From the human T2T-CHM13v2.0 reference genome, Homo sapiens, in the NCBI RefSeq assembly GCF_009914755.1, contig NC_060934.1: 64,000 nucleotides of DNA; one strand, written 5' to 3'. Within the stretch, counting starts at the first letter, position 1. Every line of letters begins with the position of its first letter. Shown one piece after another: positions 42,223-59,151 of this stretch. The notes beneath the pieces are model-generated. The model was not told where the DNA came from, made no database searches, and was given only the letters and a program-made list of their open reading frames with translations. A program made the translations under genes and the position numbers.

Positions 42223-43335
42223 CGTTGACAATATTGAATTTCACTGAAGCCCTTTGCTCCTGAAAGACAGTGATGGGTAAAGTAAACCCCTCCCATCCCC
42301 CCACACCAACCTTTTTTTGCACGTTCTAGAAAACAGCTTACTGCAAAAAACTGAGGTAGGAGGTGGGACTCAACTCTGGAGGTGGTGCTTGGACACTGGA
42401 CCATATTGAGGACTAGCTAAAAGAGGGACAGAGCAGAAGCACCTCTCCGTAAGGCACGCCCACCTGTGTGCCATGTCAGTTTACCATTGCCATGGCAACA
42501 CCCTGAAGTTACAGCCCCTTTCAGTTACAACTTGATGACCTGGAAACTACCACCCTTTTCCTAAAAATGTCTGCATAATCTGCCCCTTAATTTGCATGTA
42601 ATTAAAAGTGGGTATAAATATGACTGCAGACTCGCCTTTGAGCTGCTACTCTGGGCACACTGCCATTGGTACCTCTGCTGCTGCTGCCAATGCTGGGGCC
42701 TGCTGTGTCAATAAAAGTTGCTGTCTAAAACCACCAGCTTACCCTTGAATTCTTTCCTGGGTGCAGCCAAGAACCCTCCCCTGCTAAGCCCCAATTTTGG
42801 GACTCATCTGCTCTGCATCAGAACGACTCTTTCTCATATGACTTAGATAAGATGCACAGATGCCCTGTGTTTAACCTATGGCAAAATTAGATACAGACCG
42901 AACAAATTCTCATTCCTTACCTGATAAATGATGAGCTGAACTGCTTGTCCCCACTGAGCAATTGAACAAAATGCTTGTTAACCAAACTTTGATTCAATTT
43001 CTCTCCTTCCTCTAAGCCCCTGCACTTTGGCCCACCCCCACTCCCAGCCTGAGCCAGCACACAGCCCATCCTGAGAACAGGCTGGCCTCAGAGTAAGACA
43101 TTGTATGGCCTACTATCCCATCAGGCCACCCTTTCATTCCCTTTTCCCACACCCTGTTGTTTTTAGCCTTGGTTACTTTTCTCTGTTCAAGAGACAGTCC
43201 CTTTCTTAAGGTCTCAGTATTTTCCCCATTGCAATAGTACACTTCCCCTACTGCAATAGTCCCTTTCTCTCCTGTAGTAATCTTTTTAAATAAAAGGTTG
43301 TCCTCACTAAGTGCAGATTTGCTTTTTACTTGGCA
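42223..43335 (+). mobile_element. ERV1 LTR (MER31/MER67-like) split by a nested LTR
   Basis: agccctttgctcctg...gcctgagccagcacac...cctgagaacaggctggcctcag...aataaa...ttggca; family call from recall. Confidence 0.55.
42352..42820 (+). mobile_element. ERV1 solo LTR (MER66-like), TG...CA termini
   Basis: tgaggtaggaggtgggactc...tataaat...aataaa...ctgcatca; near-TSD aaac/gaac. Confidence 0.7.
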
Positions 43336-43391
43336 GTGTTCTTATGCATCCTATCCTACTTAGCAAAATTTCTGACAATAAGCATGCTGTC

Positions 43392-43769
<378 letters not shown>

Positions 43770-44185
43770 TTATGTATAGGGTGCTGCCCTCTCACATGGC
43801 AAAAATTAAGTAGCAGCTGAATTGACCCCAGGTTACTGGACAGGGAGTGGCTAGAGGGCAAGAGTAAGGCCAGTAGTCCCTCTCGGCCTCCATGACCCCA
43901 CACTCAGTTCTCTTCTTCAGAGACTGCCTTCTCAGGCCCCTGCTGTTCTGTGGGGCTGGGATTGGTTGTTCTTTTCTATCTTATGCTATCAGCCATTTCC
44001 ATGGCTCAAAGGACCATCTGCATGCCAATGTGTCCCAGTTTATATTAATACCTCCAGCCCAGACGTCTTTACTGAGCTCCAGACTCCCATAGTCACCTCC
44101 TCACTTAACATCTCCTCATGGCTGTCTCCAACTTAATATGACAAAAACTGAACTCTTACCTTCTGCTCCAAACTAACCCCACTTC

Positions 44186-45362
<1,177 letters not shown>

Positions 45363-45604
45363 CTTCCTCTGCCAGTCTCTCGTCATCACAATCCACCCTG
45401 GTGCTCAAGCCAGAAACCTAGAAATTCCCTTTGTCTCCTCCCTTTCAGTCACTGATGCCCCAACTTAGTCAACTCTACCTTATTCACGTCACACAGCTTG
45501 TAAGTGAGCTGAATGTGAACTACGCCACAAGACTTTCAGATCCTCAATCATGTTGCCATCGAGAGCATATTCTGGCCATGGTTTCTCTCTACATTAAAAG
45601 ATGG

Positions 45605-48250
45605 TTTTTAAAATTGTGGTTAAATATATATATACATATGTAACATAAAATTTATCATTTAAATAACTTGTAAATGGACAATTCGGTGGCATTAATTATT
45701 TTCACAATGTTGTGTTACTATCACCACTATCTATATCCAAAGTTTTTCATCATCCACCCCAAAAATCTCTGGACCCATTAAATTATAACTCCTCATTCTA
45801 CCTTCCACCAGTCCTGGTAACCTATATTCTACTTCCTGTCTCAATGAATTTGCCTATTTTAGGTACTTCACATAAGTGGAATCATACAGTATTTGTCCTT
45901 CTGTGCGTAGCTTATCTCACTAAGCATATGTTTTCAAAGTCCATACATGTTGCACTGTATATCAACGCTTTATTCCTTATAATGGCAGAATATATTCCAC
46001 TACATGTATATACTACATTTTTTTTTCTGAGACAAAATCTCACTCTTTTGCCCAGGCTGGAGTGCAGTGGCATGATCGTGGCTCACTGCAGCCTTGAGCT
46101 CCTGGGCTCAAGCGATCCTCCCACCTCAGTCTTCTCAGTAGCTGGGACTACAGGCACATACCACTGCACCTGGCTAATTAAAAAAAGTTTTTTTTTGGTG
46201 GAGACACGGTCTCCCTGTGTTGCCCGGGCTGGTCTTGAACTCCTGGCCTCAAGCGATCCTCTCACCTCAGCCTCCCAAAGTGCTGGGATTACCAGCATGA
46301 GCCACGGTGCCTGGCCTGTATATACTACATTTTGTTTATCCAATTCATCTGTTGACTAACACTGGTGTATTAGTCTGTTCTCACATTGCTATAAAGAAAT
46401 ACCTGAGACTGAGTAATTTATAAAGAAAAAAGTTTAATTGGCTGACAGTTTCACAGGCTGTACAGGAAGCATGATGCTGACCATCTGCTTGGCTTCTAGG
46501 GAGGCCTCAGGAAACTTACAATCATGGTGAAAGGCAAAGCAGGAGCAAGGTGTCTCACATGGTGGGAGCAGGAGGAAGTAGGGGGGCACTGCACACTTTT
46601 AAACAATCAGATATCATGACAACAGCACTGGGGGATGGTACTAAACCATTAGAAACTGCCCATGAGCCAATTACCTCCCACCAGGCCCCACCTCCAGCAG
46701 TGGGGGTTACATTTCCAACGTGAGATTTGGGTGGGGAAACAGATCCAAACTACATCACTTGTGTTGTTTCTACCTTTTGGCTATTGTGAATAATGCTTAT
46801 ATAAACATTGGTGTACAACTTATCTGTTCAAGTCTCTGCTTTCTTTTGCATAGATACCTAGGAGTAGCATTGCTGAGTCATGTGGGAGTTTTAGATTTAA
46901 CCTTTTGAGAAACCACCAGACTCCTTTCCACAGCAGCAGCACCATTTTACATTCTCACATTTTCTACATCCTTACTAACACCTATTATTTTCCTTTTAAA
47001 AATTATTATTGTAGCTATATTAGTAGTTGTGAAGTGGTATCTCACTGTAGTTTTGATTTGCATTTCCCCAACAACTAATGAGAGTCTTTTCATGTGCTCA
47101 TTGGCCATTTGTATATCCTCTTCAGAGAAATGAGTATTCAAGTCCTTTGCCCATATTTGAATTGGGTTCTTTGCTTTGTTGTTGAGTTTTAGTTCTTTAT
47201 TGTCTTAGTCTGTTCCTTCTATAACAAGGTACCACAGACTAGGTAATTTATAAGTAATAGAAATTTATTTCTCACAATTCTGAAGGTTGTGAAGTTCAAA
47301 ATCAAGGGGCCAGCAGAGTCAGTGTCTGATAAGGACTTGCTCTTTGCTTCCAAAGTGACACCTTGCTGCATCCTCAAGTGACAGAAGAGCAGAAGCAGAA
47401 GGAAGCTCTCTGAAGCCTCCTTTATAGAGCGTTATCCCATTCATGAGGGCAGGGATCTCATGCGCTAGTCATCTGCCAGAGGCCCCACCTTTTAATGTTG
47501 TAACTTTGTTCACTAAGTTTCAACATAGGAATTTTGGAGAGACACACATACATTCAAACTATAGCATTCCACCACTAGCCCACCAAAATGCATGTCCTTT
47601 TCACATACAAAATACATTCATTTCATCCCAATAGCCCCAAAAGTCTTAACTCATTCTAGCATCACCTCAAAAGTCAGAAGTCTCACCTAAAAATCATCTA
47701 AATCAGATATGGGTAAGACTCAAGGTACAATTCATCCTGAGGCAAATCCCCCTCCAGCAAACAAGTTACTTGTTTTCAAAATATTATGGTGGGACAGGCA
47801 TAGGATAGACACTCCCATTCCAAAAGAGAAAAAGAAGAAAGAGGAAAGGGGTTAACAGGAGAATCACTTGAACCCGGGAAGCAGAGGTTGCAGTGAACCA
47901 AGACTGTGTCACTGCACTCCAGCCTGGGTGACAGAGTGAAGGAAGTGGGGAAAAGGAGAAAGAGACAAGAAGAGAGAGAAAACAATAATTAAACTATCTC
48001 TTAGAAAAATGAGGGTACTCAGTTAGAGACCCATCTTCTGATACCATTACCTTGGTGATTAGGATTCAATGTATGAATTTTGGAGGGCCACACACATTTA
48101 AATCATAACATTTACATATTGTAGATATATATATTCTAGATATAATTTGCAAATATTTTCTCCCATTCTGTAAGTTGTTTTTTTTACTTTCTTGATAATA
48201 TCCTTTGATGCACAAAACTTCTTGATTTTGATACAGTCCAATTAAAAAAA
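45605..48250 (-). mobile_element. L1MB-type LINE remnant interrupted by AluJ (46018-46316), MSTA LTR (46367-46757), MST/MLT LTR plus internal fragment (47201-47850) and an Alu fragment (47857-47940)
   Basis: Reverse L1 3' motifs (gtggtatctcactgtagttttgatttgcatt, atttgcaaatattttctcccattc). Alu TSD tgtatatactacattt; reverse MaLR LTRs begin tgtattagtc and tgtcttagtc. Confidence 0.8.
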
Positions 48251-48254
48251 TAAT

Positions 48255-48533
48255 TTATTTTTTTTTGAGACTAGGTTTCACTCTGTTACCCAGCCTGGAG
48301 TGCGGTGGCATGATCACCGATGACTGCAGCCTCTAGCTCCTGGGCTCAAGCGATCCTCCCACCTCAACCTCCTGAGTAGCTGGGATTACAGGCGTGAGCC
48401 ACTGCACATAGGTAATTTTTTATTTTTTGTAAAGATGGGGTCTCCCTAGTTTGTCCAGGCTGGCCTTGAACTTCCAGGCTCAAGCGGCCTCTCAGGATGC
48501 TGGAATTACAGGTGTGAGCCACCACACCCAGCC
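48255..48533 (-). mobile_element. AluJ element
   Basis: Reverse Alu dimer. Confidence 0.88.
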
Positions 48534-48579
48534 AAAAACAATTTTTTAAAAACTGTGACTTGTGTATAAATATAAAATT

Positions 48580-48787
48580 AACCTGGGTCAGAAATTTTAT
48601 TTTACTAATTAATGAGGGAACCAGTATGAAGTTACAACCAGTTCAAAGGAAAATTCAAGCACACACGTATATAGGCAATCAGGAAAGTGAAAATGGATGT
48701 ACGAATAGATGCAAAGCTGGTCAATATCCACAGGGCAATTATCAATTGCACCTCCACTAGAAAAAATTCATTTGCATCTCTATGGGC
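48580..48787. mobile_element. MER105-like DNA transposon fossil
   Basis: cagaaattttattttactaattaatgagggaaccagt...cagggcaattatcaat; family call from recall. Confidence 0.6.
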
Positions 48788-51119
48788 AAGAATTATTTGT
48801 ATTACTGTCAGTTTTCTAAAATGTGCAAAGTTGTAAAATAGCTCAAAGACATAAAAATGTAAACTCAACAGAGTTCCAGACAGGACACCCAGTAATCTTT
48901 TTGCCTACTTCAAAGTCTTCCCTAACTTTTCTTGATGCCACCTCCCTGCACTCCCCACTTCATCCCAACAGTGGGGTGAACACAATGCTCTCTGATTGCC
49001 TCAAGTCTTTCAGCACCAGGATAGCTACTAGGGGAGTTGAGTTAAGCTCAAGAACTATTTCTTAAGCGCCTGGTGGTGGAGGTGTAACTCTCCAGCCATT
49101 CCTACTACAAATTCTCAGTATATGCTATGAACTAGCATTGTGCTATGAGCACAGAGGGAACACGCAGACATGGTCTCTGCCCTCTTTAGCCTTACTCTAC
49201 AAATGGAGACAGGAAGAACTAGTAAATAAAATAATTATAAACAATGATCAATGAAATGAAGGAAAACTACCAAACGCAGAGAATCACCAAGAAGGGCCCC
49301 CATAAGCATGGTGATCAGGACTGGCTGCTTGGAAGAGAGAACATTTAAGCTGATACTTGAAAGAGGAAGAGGTCAGCCACGCCGAGCGTAGGGTGGCAGG
49401 AAGCCAGCAGAGCCACCAGCTCTCCAGTCTGTCCTCACCTTCTGCGCCTCTAGGGACAGGTCTGCAGCAACCCAGTTATGGCTTGCTCCTGCTCAGGGCG
49501 TTGGGATGTGCAGGAGGCAAGAGAGGCCAAGTTCTGCCCTCCCAGCACTGTTATTCTCTGCTCTTGGCTCTAAACTTCAAAACATTTCAAGGGGAAGAAA
49601 GGGTCCCCTTCCAAACCTGCTCACCTTCCTCCTTCCTCTTCAGTCCTGATTTCCATCTAAATTCCCACTATCTGCTAAATGAAGCCTGAAAACTCTTCAA
49701 TACAGGAACAACAGTTGAACCCACAAAGAGAGATAAAAGGCTTTAAAAATGCAAATGACTGGGAGAGTTAACACATTAGAATGAGAGCGTAAAATGATCA
49801 GCTCTTTGGCTGAACTGATTTGATTAGAAAACTGCAAGGCACAGAGATCTTATGAGCAAGAGGAAAGACCAAGGGCACAGTGGGGTGATGGGGCACCAGG
49901 ATCAATGTCACCTGTCTCACAGTTTTGTCCAGGGCCTGGGCTGTAGCTCTTCACCGTTCCAAAATTATTTCATGCTGCTCCATGGCGTTTGCCAGGAGGT
50001 TGGCACTAGAAGGACAAGGTTGGGGACCATCTGCCTGAGTTGGAGCACAGCAAGAGGATGGGCTTCAGGGGACAGACAGCAGAGGGAGGAGCAGGCAGAG
50101 CACAGACTCTGGGGGGCAGTGATATGGGCAGGAGAGAGAGAGCGAATGAGATGGAGAACAACAGAATCAGAGAGCCCAAGGGACAAAAAATAAATAAAAT
50201 AAAAGCTATATCATAGCAACGGAGGGAAGTCTTTAAGGAGAGGAAGTGGCCAATTATGTCAATACAGTGGGACCATTCCTCAAAACGTGTGTGGTTCTGG
50301 GATCACACATATCAGAATCATTAGGGGGACTATTAATAATTCAGATTCCTAGGTTCTGGGCACACCTGGGTCAGCGTCTCTGACACTGGAGCTTGGAATT
50401 TGCAGTTTAATAGGTGCTTAGGGAGTCTGTGCTTATTCTGGAAGTGTTTAAACACAAGGGATGTGGAAGCAGAGCTGAGTCCAATCCTGGCTCCTTCACT
50501 TGGTCTGTTGGGCAAATTATTTCACATCTCTGAACCTAGTTTTTTCCATCTCTAAAATAATATCTACCTCATAAGATTGACATAAGAATAATCTTCACAT
50601 GAGATACTTCTGTTTCTATCTATATAATGTTTAGCACAATTCCTGGAACACAATTGGAAGTCAATTAATATTGACTGCTATTATTACATAATAAGGAAAG
50701 GCCGTTGATTTTGGGAAGAAGGGGGTCATTTTTAACTTTCCAGATAATTTCAATAGAGCATCCTTGGGAAATTTCTGGAAATTAAAAAGGAAATACGTGG
50801 GTAAGACGCTGAAGCAGCAGGCGAAGGTCACAAGTTCAAGTTCAGAAAAACCCACAGCAGGAGGAAAGATTTTTGGGTTAGTGGTTAGAGTTGGGTAATG
50901 TTGGAAAGTGAAAGGTTAATTGAGACAGCAGTGATAAGAGAGTCCTTGAAGGATGGAGTAAGGGAGGGTTTCAAGGTGCAGGTATTGAAGCCACTGAAAG
51001 GAAACAGGTTAGGAGTGATAGCTTGGTCCCAGTGAAGATGGGAAAGAGGTTCAGAGGACAGGTCATGGGGTGGAGTCAGAGAATCTAAACCGTTTCCCCT
51101 GAGATCAGATGAAAGAATT

Positions 51120-51305
51120 AGAGCAGTTGTTCACCAAGTTTGGTCCTTGCGTGGGCATCACCATGGAATCGGTTAGAAATGAATATTTCTGGCCTGCACC
51201 CCAGACACAATGCATCAGAAACTCTGGAGGAGAGTCCAGCAAAAAGGGCTTGTTTTAACAAGCCCTTCAGGTGTTTCTGATGCACCTAAACTTTGAGAAC
51301 TACTA
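51120..51305. mobile_element. MER5A hAT element (similar fragments near 7650-7770 and 50270-50450)
   Basis: gcatcacc...ttagaaatg...atcagaaactctgg...ttttaacaagccc...tttgagaac. Confidence 0.7.
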
Positions 51306-51637
51306 AATCAGGAAATAGTTGTAGAGGCAGGATCTTTGAGACAAAATTATGTAGTGCCCTAGGCAAGGCCATCTGCTGAATGTTAGGGTAGCAGGGGAGC
51401 CTGAGGCTGGGGACACCAGCTGTAAAGGAGTGCCTAAGAATTAGCTAGGGACACAAGGAGGATCGCCAAACTACAGCATGACATAAAAAATAAGAAAGTT
51501 ATATCTAACGATAACATCTGAGTCTCAACTAGAAAAATAATTCTAAAGGCTATATATAGTGGGATATTTATAATAATGAAAGACTGAACACTTTAATGTC
51601 CAACATTAGGTGAAAAGTTAATACAATACCAAGAATT

Positions 51638-52888
<1,251 letters not shown>

Positions 52889-53069
52889 GAGACCTCAATT
52901 CCAAGTCATTTTACAGAAGAGGAAAATGAAGGCAAGGGAAGTTCAAGTTCAACAACTTGCCCAAAATCATACAGCTTTAAAGCTGCAAAGGCCAAAACTA
53001 AAGCTCAGTCTCCTATTTTTAATACCATGCTTCCTGGATGAAGGACCTCGAACCCTGGGCTAAAGATTT

Positions 53070-53970
53070 GAGATGAGCAAGTCAAAACCACAGTAAGTTA
53101 CCACCTCACACATATTAAAATGGTTATTATCAAAAAGACAAGAGATAGCAAGTGTTAGAAAAAGTGTAGAGAAAAGGGAACCTTCACACACTGCTGATGG
53201 GAATGCAAATTTGTATAACCATTATGGAAAGCAGTATGGAGATTCCTCAAAAACTTAAAAATAGAACTACCATATGATCCACCAATTCCTCTTTTGGGTA
53301 TATACCCAAAGGAAATGAAATTAGCACCTCATAGTGCTAAATCTGCACTCCCATGTTCACTGCAGCATTATTCACAAAATAGCCAAGATATGGAAACAAC
53401 CTAAGTGTCCACCAGTGGATGAACGGATAAAGAAAGTGTGGTACAATTCTTGTGTATACAATGAAGTATTATTCAACCTTAAAAAAAAAAGGAGATATCC
53501 CCATTTGTGACACATATAAACCTACAGACACTACGCTCAGTGAAATAAGCCAGACACAGAAAGAAAAATATGGCATGATCTCACTTGTATGTAGGATATT
53601 TAAAAAGTCCAATACATAGAAATAGAGAGTAGAACGGTCGTTACTAGGGGCAGAGATTGGGAGAAAATGGAGACATGTAGGTCAAAGGGTATAAACTTGC
53701 TGTTAGGTAGGAGGAATAAGTCTAGAGATCTAAAGGACTGCATGAGGACTAGAGTTTAATAATATTGTTTTGTATGCTAAAAATTTGTTAATATAGATTT
53801 TAGAAGCTTCTGCCACAAATACACACAAAAAGGTAACCATGCAAGGTGGTGGATGTGTAAATTTGCCTGACTGCAGTAATCATTTCACTAGCTCTATGTA
53901 TATCAAAACACCATGTTGTATACTTTAAATATATGTAATCATAATAAACAAATAAGTAAATAAACAAAAG
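53070..53970 (+). mobile_element. L1MA (L1MA9-like) 3' end
   Basis: aaaatagaactaccatatgatcc...ggaataagtctagagatctaa...tatatcaaaacaccatgttgtatac. Confidence 0.85.
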
Positions 53971-56900
53971 AGATGAGTTGTACCAGGTAACAAGGACTCA
54001 TAATAAATCACTGCCTAGGGAAGCACCATGGTGAAGGGAGTGTTTGAGGAAGGACAATGATGTGTAAACTGGACAGGAACAGTCTGAAGACTGGATATTG
54101 TTAGAGCATCAGCAGCAGCCTATGGACATGTGGTTAATTAGGGCCTGGACCAGGTTGCTGGCTGTGAAATTAGACAGGAAAGAACCACAGAGAAAAATGA
54201 CATTCCTCACTGTCACATCACACTCTCTCCCATTTCCTTTTCAGGTTCTTTAGAACTTCTTTCATTTACCTTAAAGGCTTATTTGCAGACACAGCTCAGC
54301 ACAAACTCTAACTAGCCTGTAAATCATATATATATATATTTTGGCTAGGCCATGCTTCTACATTCTTAAAAGCCAATGCTACAGTGGGAATGAAAAGGAA
54401 TCAGACCCAGTATAAATTGTGAATGGCTCTGAACTTAAGGCTTTCTACAAATGATGAAGTATTTAAATAGGAAGTTAAGAAAACCGAGAGGCCCAAGAGT
54501 GTCTCATCCAGTAGTACCATTCTTTCTTCCCTACACCTCCTGGCACCTTGGATACTCCCTCAAGCCTTCAGTTTCCTTTGCTCCCTATGGGAAAGCCACT
54601 GGATTCATTCAGGACAAGATGCGAGGCATCACACTCAGACTATGAAGACTGAAAGGAAACTTGGAGTAACCCAGCCTAAGCACTCAGGAACCCAGAAACA
54701 CAAATGGCTGAAGGTGAAAACAAGACTGTAACCCACATTTCCCAATGCCCTCTGGGAGCACGATTTTTCTCCTTTCCTTTTCCTGAAATGCAATCTGAAA
54801 CAAAATTCTAAAATAAAAATATTTTTTTCTGCTCAAAACTGTGCACATGCACATTCTCTCTCTCTCTCTCTCTAGAATAGAGTCAATAGGAGATAAAACC
54901 TTCAGAATTCAAATGTCACCTTAAATACAGTGATTAAATAGCATTCTCTAAGCAGAATTACTTTAAAAGGGAGAAAGATGAAACATTTTTATTTTCTTTA
55001 TGTTAGATCTGCCATCAAAAGTAATTGATAGACGTGTGCTGTTTTTTTTTTAGCATATCATTGTTACTTCCCTCAAAACTGTTATGTTACTGCTTGTACT
55101 CATTTTATTCTCCTTTCAGGACTAAATCTGCTGAAAGAAAAAGACTACATCTTGTTTATCTTTGCATTCCTCATGGGTCCTTGTATTGTTTTTTGCACAT
55201 TGTTCTATATAAGGTTTTGGCACAGCACTTACTCTTCTTAAAAATTGGTGGAATAACAGGGCATGAAATGACTTTCATCCAATATTTTTGCAACGTTTAC
55301 CTTCACTACTTAAAAGAAAAAAGTCAAATAGCAAAATGAATATGCCATGTCAATTGGAGAATTTAACATCTGTGTTTTAAAAGAAAACAGCTTAGGAAGC
55401 TCTGGTCTCAGACATGCTATTCTGAAATCAAAATCACATAGATGAGGCTGAAGAGTTGAATCATCTTCTGAATCAAATTAAAAATTCAACCCATAGTAAT
55501 TTTGGCAGAATGAAAACGTCAAATTGCATTTCAGCCAATTTCTCTTCCTTTTCTATAGTCGATGAGTTGTTTTGGGGCACAAGAAAAAATTTCAAGGATT
55601 GTGTTTATTTACAATATTTTCAGGAAAAAAAATGCCTGCTTGCTTTCCTGTAAAAGTGAGAGGAGCAGAGAAGCTTCCTAGACTGTTCTCAGATGCTTCA
55701 GCTAAAAAGTAAAATAACAGTGCCAATAATTGAAAATAAGGAGAAAAATTATGCCAAACACTTGGCACCAGCTGCAGCAATTAAGTAAGCACCTGCTTTA
55801 TGCTTCATCTGCCACCATCCCCTCCCTCTTCATTTAGGCTGGTTTCTGGTTTTTTTGAGAATATATGCACCTCAGTGTACAAGCTCACAGAGCTGTCTTT
55901 TTCCTTCTTTTTATTTCATTCCTTTCCCTTTGGCTATCATTAACTCAGGCATGACAGGAAGATCCAGACAAGGACAAGGTAGTAAAGACACCAATATTTC
56001 TAAAATCTAGGGCTTTAGAGAATGTTGGGGCAGATGTAACCATAGTAATCACTGGTATGAGAGCACTGATGTCCTTACTAAACAGCAGGTCACACCATCC
56101 CAAGGAGACCTTGCAAATGAAGATGCAGATTAGATGTCTGGAAGCAAGATTTTTATTAGCTTAGTCCTGAACCTTAGCTATGCAACAAAAGCCAGCTCTG
56201 CAGAGATTTAGGCTCTCAAAGAGACACCATCAAGGAGTTCGAGACTGTTAGGAGCATAGGGCTTAGCATGAGCATCAAATAAGATATAAAAGAGGTGCTT
56301 TGAAAAGTTGAAAGAATTATGCAAATGTAAGGCAGGTATTAATATTAAAGATGTTTATCATAACCCATCTAAGAGAAACAAAATCATAAGTGTATTCATC
56401 CACTGGAAATGAATTTGCACTTTTTGGAATCCTGGGCTACCATTTCCTCTTTTCCCTTTTATCCTGTCTATAAAAGCTGGCTAATGATGCACCTACCTCA
56501 GAGGCAACTGTGAGGCTTAAATGAGATTATGTGCATGAAGCACCTTGCTCCATGCCTTGTATAGAAAAGATACTTAATAAATGTGAATTGCATTTCAAGG
56601 GGAAAATCAGGTACATTATCCTGAGAATTCTTCATACTTGCAGTTCATCAATAGATGCTTCACATTAAATTACATGTTTCCAGGAGAGAAAAATGGAGTG
56701 GTCACCCTCAACAGTACACAATCAGTGGAGCTGGCTGCTTCTCACATGGAGAAAACAGATGTGAAACAAAGGCATCCATCCTTCAATTTGTAGGTGTCAA
56801 AGTAGCAATTCCCCTCTTCTCATACTGGTAACTACTGCTTTGTTCTTCTGCAGAAAACATTTTAAAGCTGCTTTTGAATTCCCTCTATCATAGCCAGATA

Positions 56901-57190
56901 CCAGCAAAAGAGAGATTCTGAAAACAGAGCAAGAGCTTCTAGGTACAGACCAGAAGCTCCTTGAGGTTAGGGACCATTCTACCTGGTTCCCTGCCACACT
57001 CCAGCACTTTCAAGAGTGCCCAGCAGATGACAAGCCCTTAGTATGCACTTACTGAATCATTTCAGTACATCAGAAATTTGAGGAAGTAAATGAGACACAA
57101 AATTAAAGGTGCTTTATTTCATCAATTTGATTGGCATGTCCTGCTTCATCTACCTTTGGTGCAAAATAATGTCTCATTTGTTTTAGTGCT

Positions 57191-57554
57191 TGATGTGGTT
57201 TGGATGTGTCCCCACCAAAATCTCATCTTGAATTGTAGCTCCCAAAATTTCCAGGTGTTGTGGAAGGGACCCTGTGGGAGACAATTAAATCATGGGGGCG
57301 ATTTCCCCCATACTGTTCTCATGGTAGTGAATAAGTGCCACAAGATCTGACGGTTTTGTAAGGGGAAACCCCTTTCACTTGGCTCTCATTCTGTGTCTTG
57401 CCTGCTGCCATGTAAGACGTGCCTTTTGCCTTCCACCATGATTGTGAGGGCTCCCTAGACATGTGGAACTATGAGTCCATTAAACCTCTTTTTCTTTATA
57501 AATTACCCAGTCTCGGGTATGTCTTTATCAGTAGCGTGAAAACAGACTAATATG
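57191..57554 (+). mobile_element. THE1 (THE1C-like) MaLR solo LTR
   Basis: THE1 consensus-like throughout; 5-bp TSD gtgct. Confidence 0.9.
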
Positions 57555-57909
57555 GTGCTCAAACCATAATAACTGAAGTTCATCTTATTGATCAGGGGAA
57601 CCTATCCTACTCCTATAGGGTACTTTTCCCATGAAGTACCCTGGTAGAAGTACCAGGAGCAGATAGTCCAAAGTGATTAACTTATTCATTGTTAATTAGT
57701 TAATATTACCTCATAGAAGAAACCAGAAAGTCTGGTGAGTCCACCAAAGGGCTCTGTTGTCTGCTGTTTGTGTTGCTTTACATCAGTGCAAAAACCATAA
57801 AGTTCAGTTATCTAGAATGAGACCCTATTTGTTTTAATATTACTACAGTATCAAGACAGATAACTATTGACAGTCCTAAAAGATTCTTAGAGATTTTTAG
57901 GTGATAAAT

Positions 57910-57911
<2 letters not shown>

Positions 57912-57944
<33 letters not shown>

Positions 57945-57980
57945 CTATCTCTGTCTCTCCCTCCCTCTCTCTTTTTCTCT
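57912..57980. repeat. (TC)n microsatellite
   Basis: Read directly. Confidence 0.9.
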
Positions 57981-58730
57981 CTTGCTCCAGGACTGTGCCC
58001 ACCCTTGGAACACCTGCACTAATCAGGTCTGAGCTTCTGATGTCACAGCACCTGTGGGGTGCCGACCTTCCAGTTTACACACACAGAGCCACTTTGTGCC
58101 TAAGGTACATCTATAGTGCCTAGGTGGCTGGATCAACAGATGCAGCATCCACACCCTGAAATTTTCCTAGAACCCTTTTCTTGACTCCACTCTCCGCTGG
58201 AGAACCTAGAAACCCTTAGCTTTAGTTTAAGGTGGTAACATTTGAGGAGTTTGGGAAGGGGAAGAGATGAGCATACTAGGAAAGCAAACAGTGTGACCAA
58301 AGGCAGAGTAGCAGGAAACTCAGGGTCAGCCACAAGAAACCTTCACTTGTCTGGACACAGAATCCATGCAGGGTGGGGAGCTGGGAGACGTAGAAAGGCA
58401 GGGCTATTTACAGATTTTATATTGAGGGCCAAGTGGTGTACAGAGGAGTCAAGATTTAAAGCGGCAATCATTCTTTCCTCACAACGTGTACAAAATGCTT
58501 TGAAAGTTCCCCTTTCTACCACATTTTAGACTTGGTGCAGAGAACTAGAACCCACTGTCACCACTTCAGTGTTCTGCAGAGTGGCGGTGGCCCTAGGGTG
58601 CCCTACTGAGCTACAGTGGCACATAGGAGTAGACAGTCTTCCAAATCATTAGGGCAGCATCTCCCAGGCTGGCCTATTGCATAACAAGGAAGAATTCTAT
58701 GATAGGAACAAGCTGAAAGTGTTATAGGAG

Positions 58731-59151
58731 TGATATGGTTTTGATCTGTGTCCCCACCAAATCTCATGTCATATTGTAATCCCCATTGTTGGAGGTGGTG
58801 CCTGATGGGAGGTGATTGGATCATGGTGGCAGAATTCTCATGAATGGGTTAGCAGCATCTCCTCGGTCCTGTTCTTGTGATAGCAGGTGAGTGAGTTATC
58901 ATGAGATCTGGTTGTTTAAAAGCATGTAGCACCTCTCTCTTCTCTTTCTTGGTCCTGTTCCTGCCATGTTAGAAGCCTGCTCCCACTTTGCATTCTGCCA
59001 TGAGTAAAAGCTCCATGAGGCCTTCCCTGAAGCAGATGCTGCCATGCTTCTTGTATAGCCTTCAGAACTGTGAGCCAATTTAACCTCTTTTCTTTATAAA
59101 TTACCCAGTGTCAGGTTTTTCTTTATAGCAGTGTGAGAAATGACTAATACA
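58731..59151 (+). mobile_element. MST (MSTA/B) MaLR solo LTR
   Basis: tgatatggttttgatctgtgtccccacc...gactaataca. Confidence 0.88.

Noticed and set aside
45712-46359. Longest ORF in the track (215 aa)
   Set aside because: Antisense L1 joined to an Alu-derived translation (PRLECSG...ASQSAGIT); not a gene.
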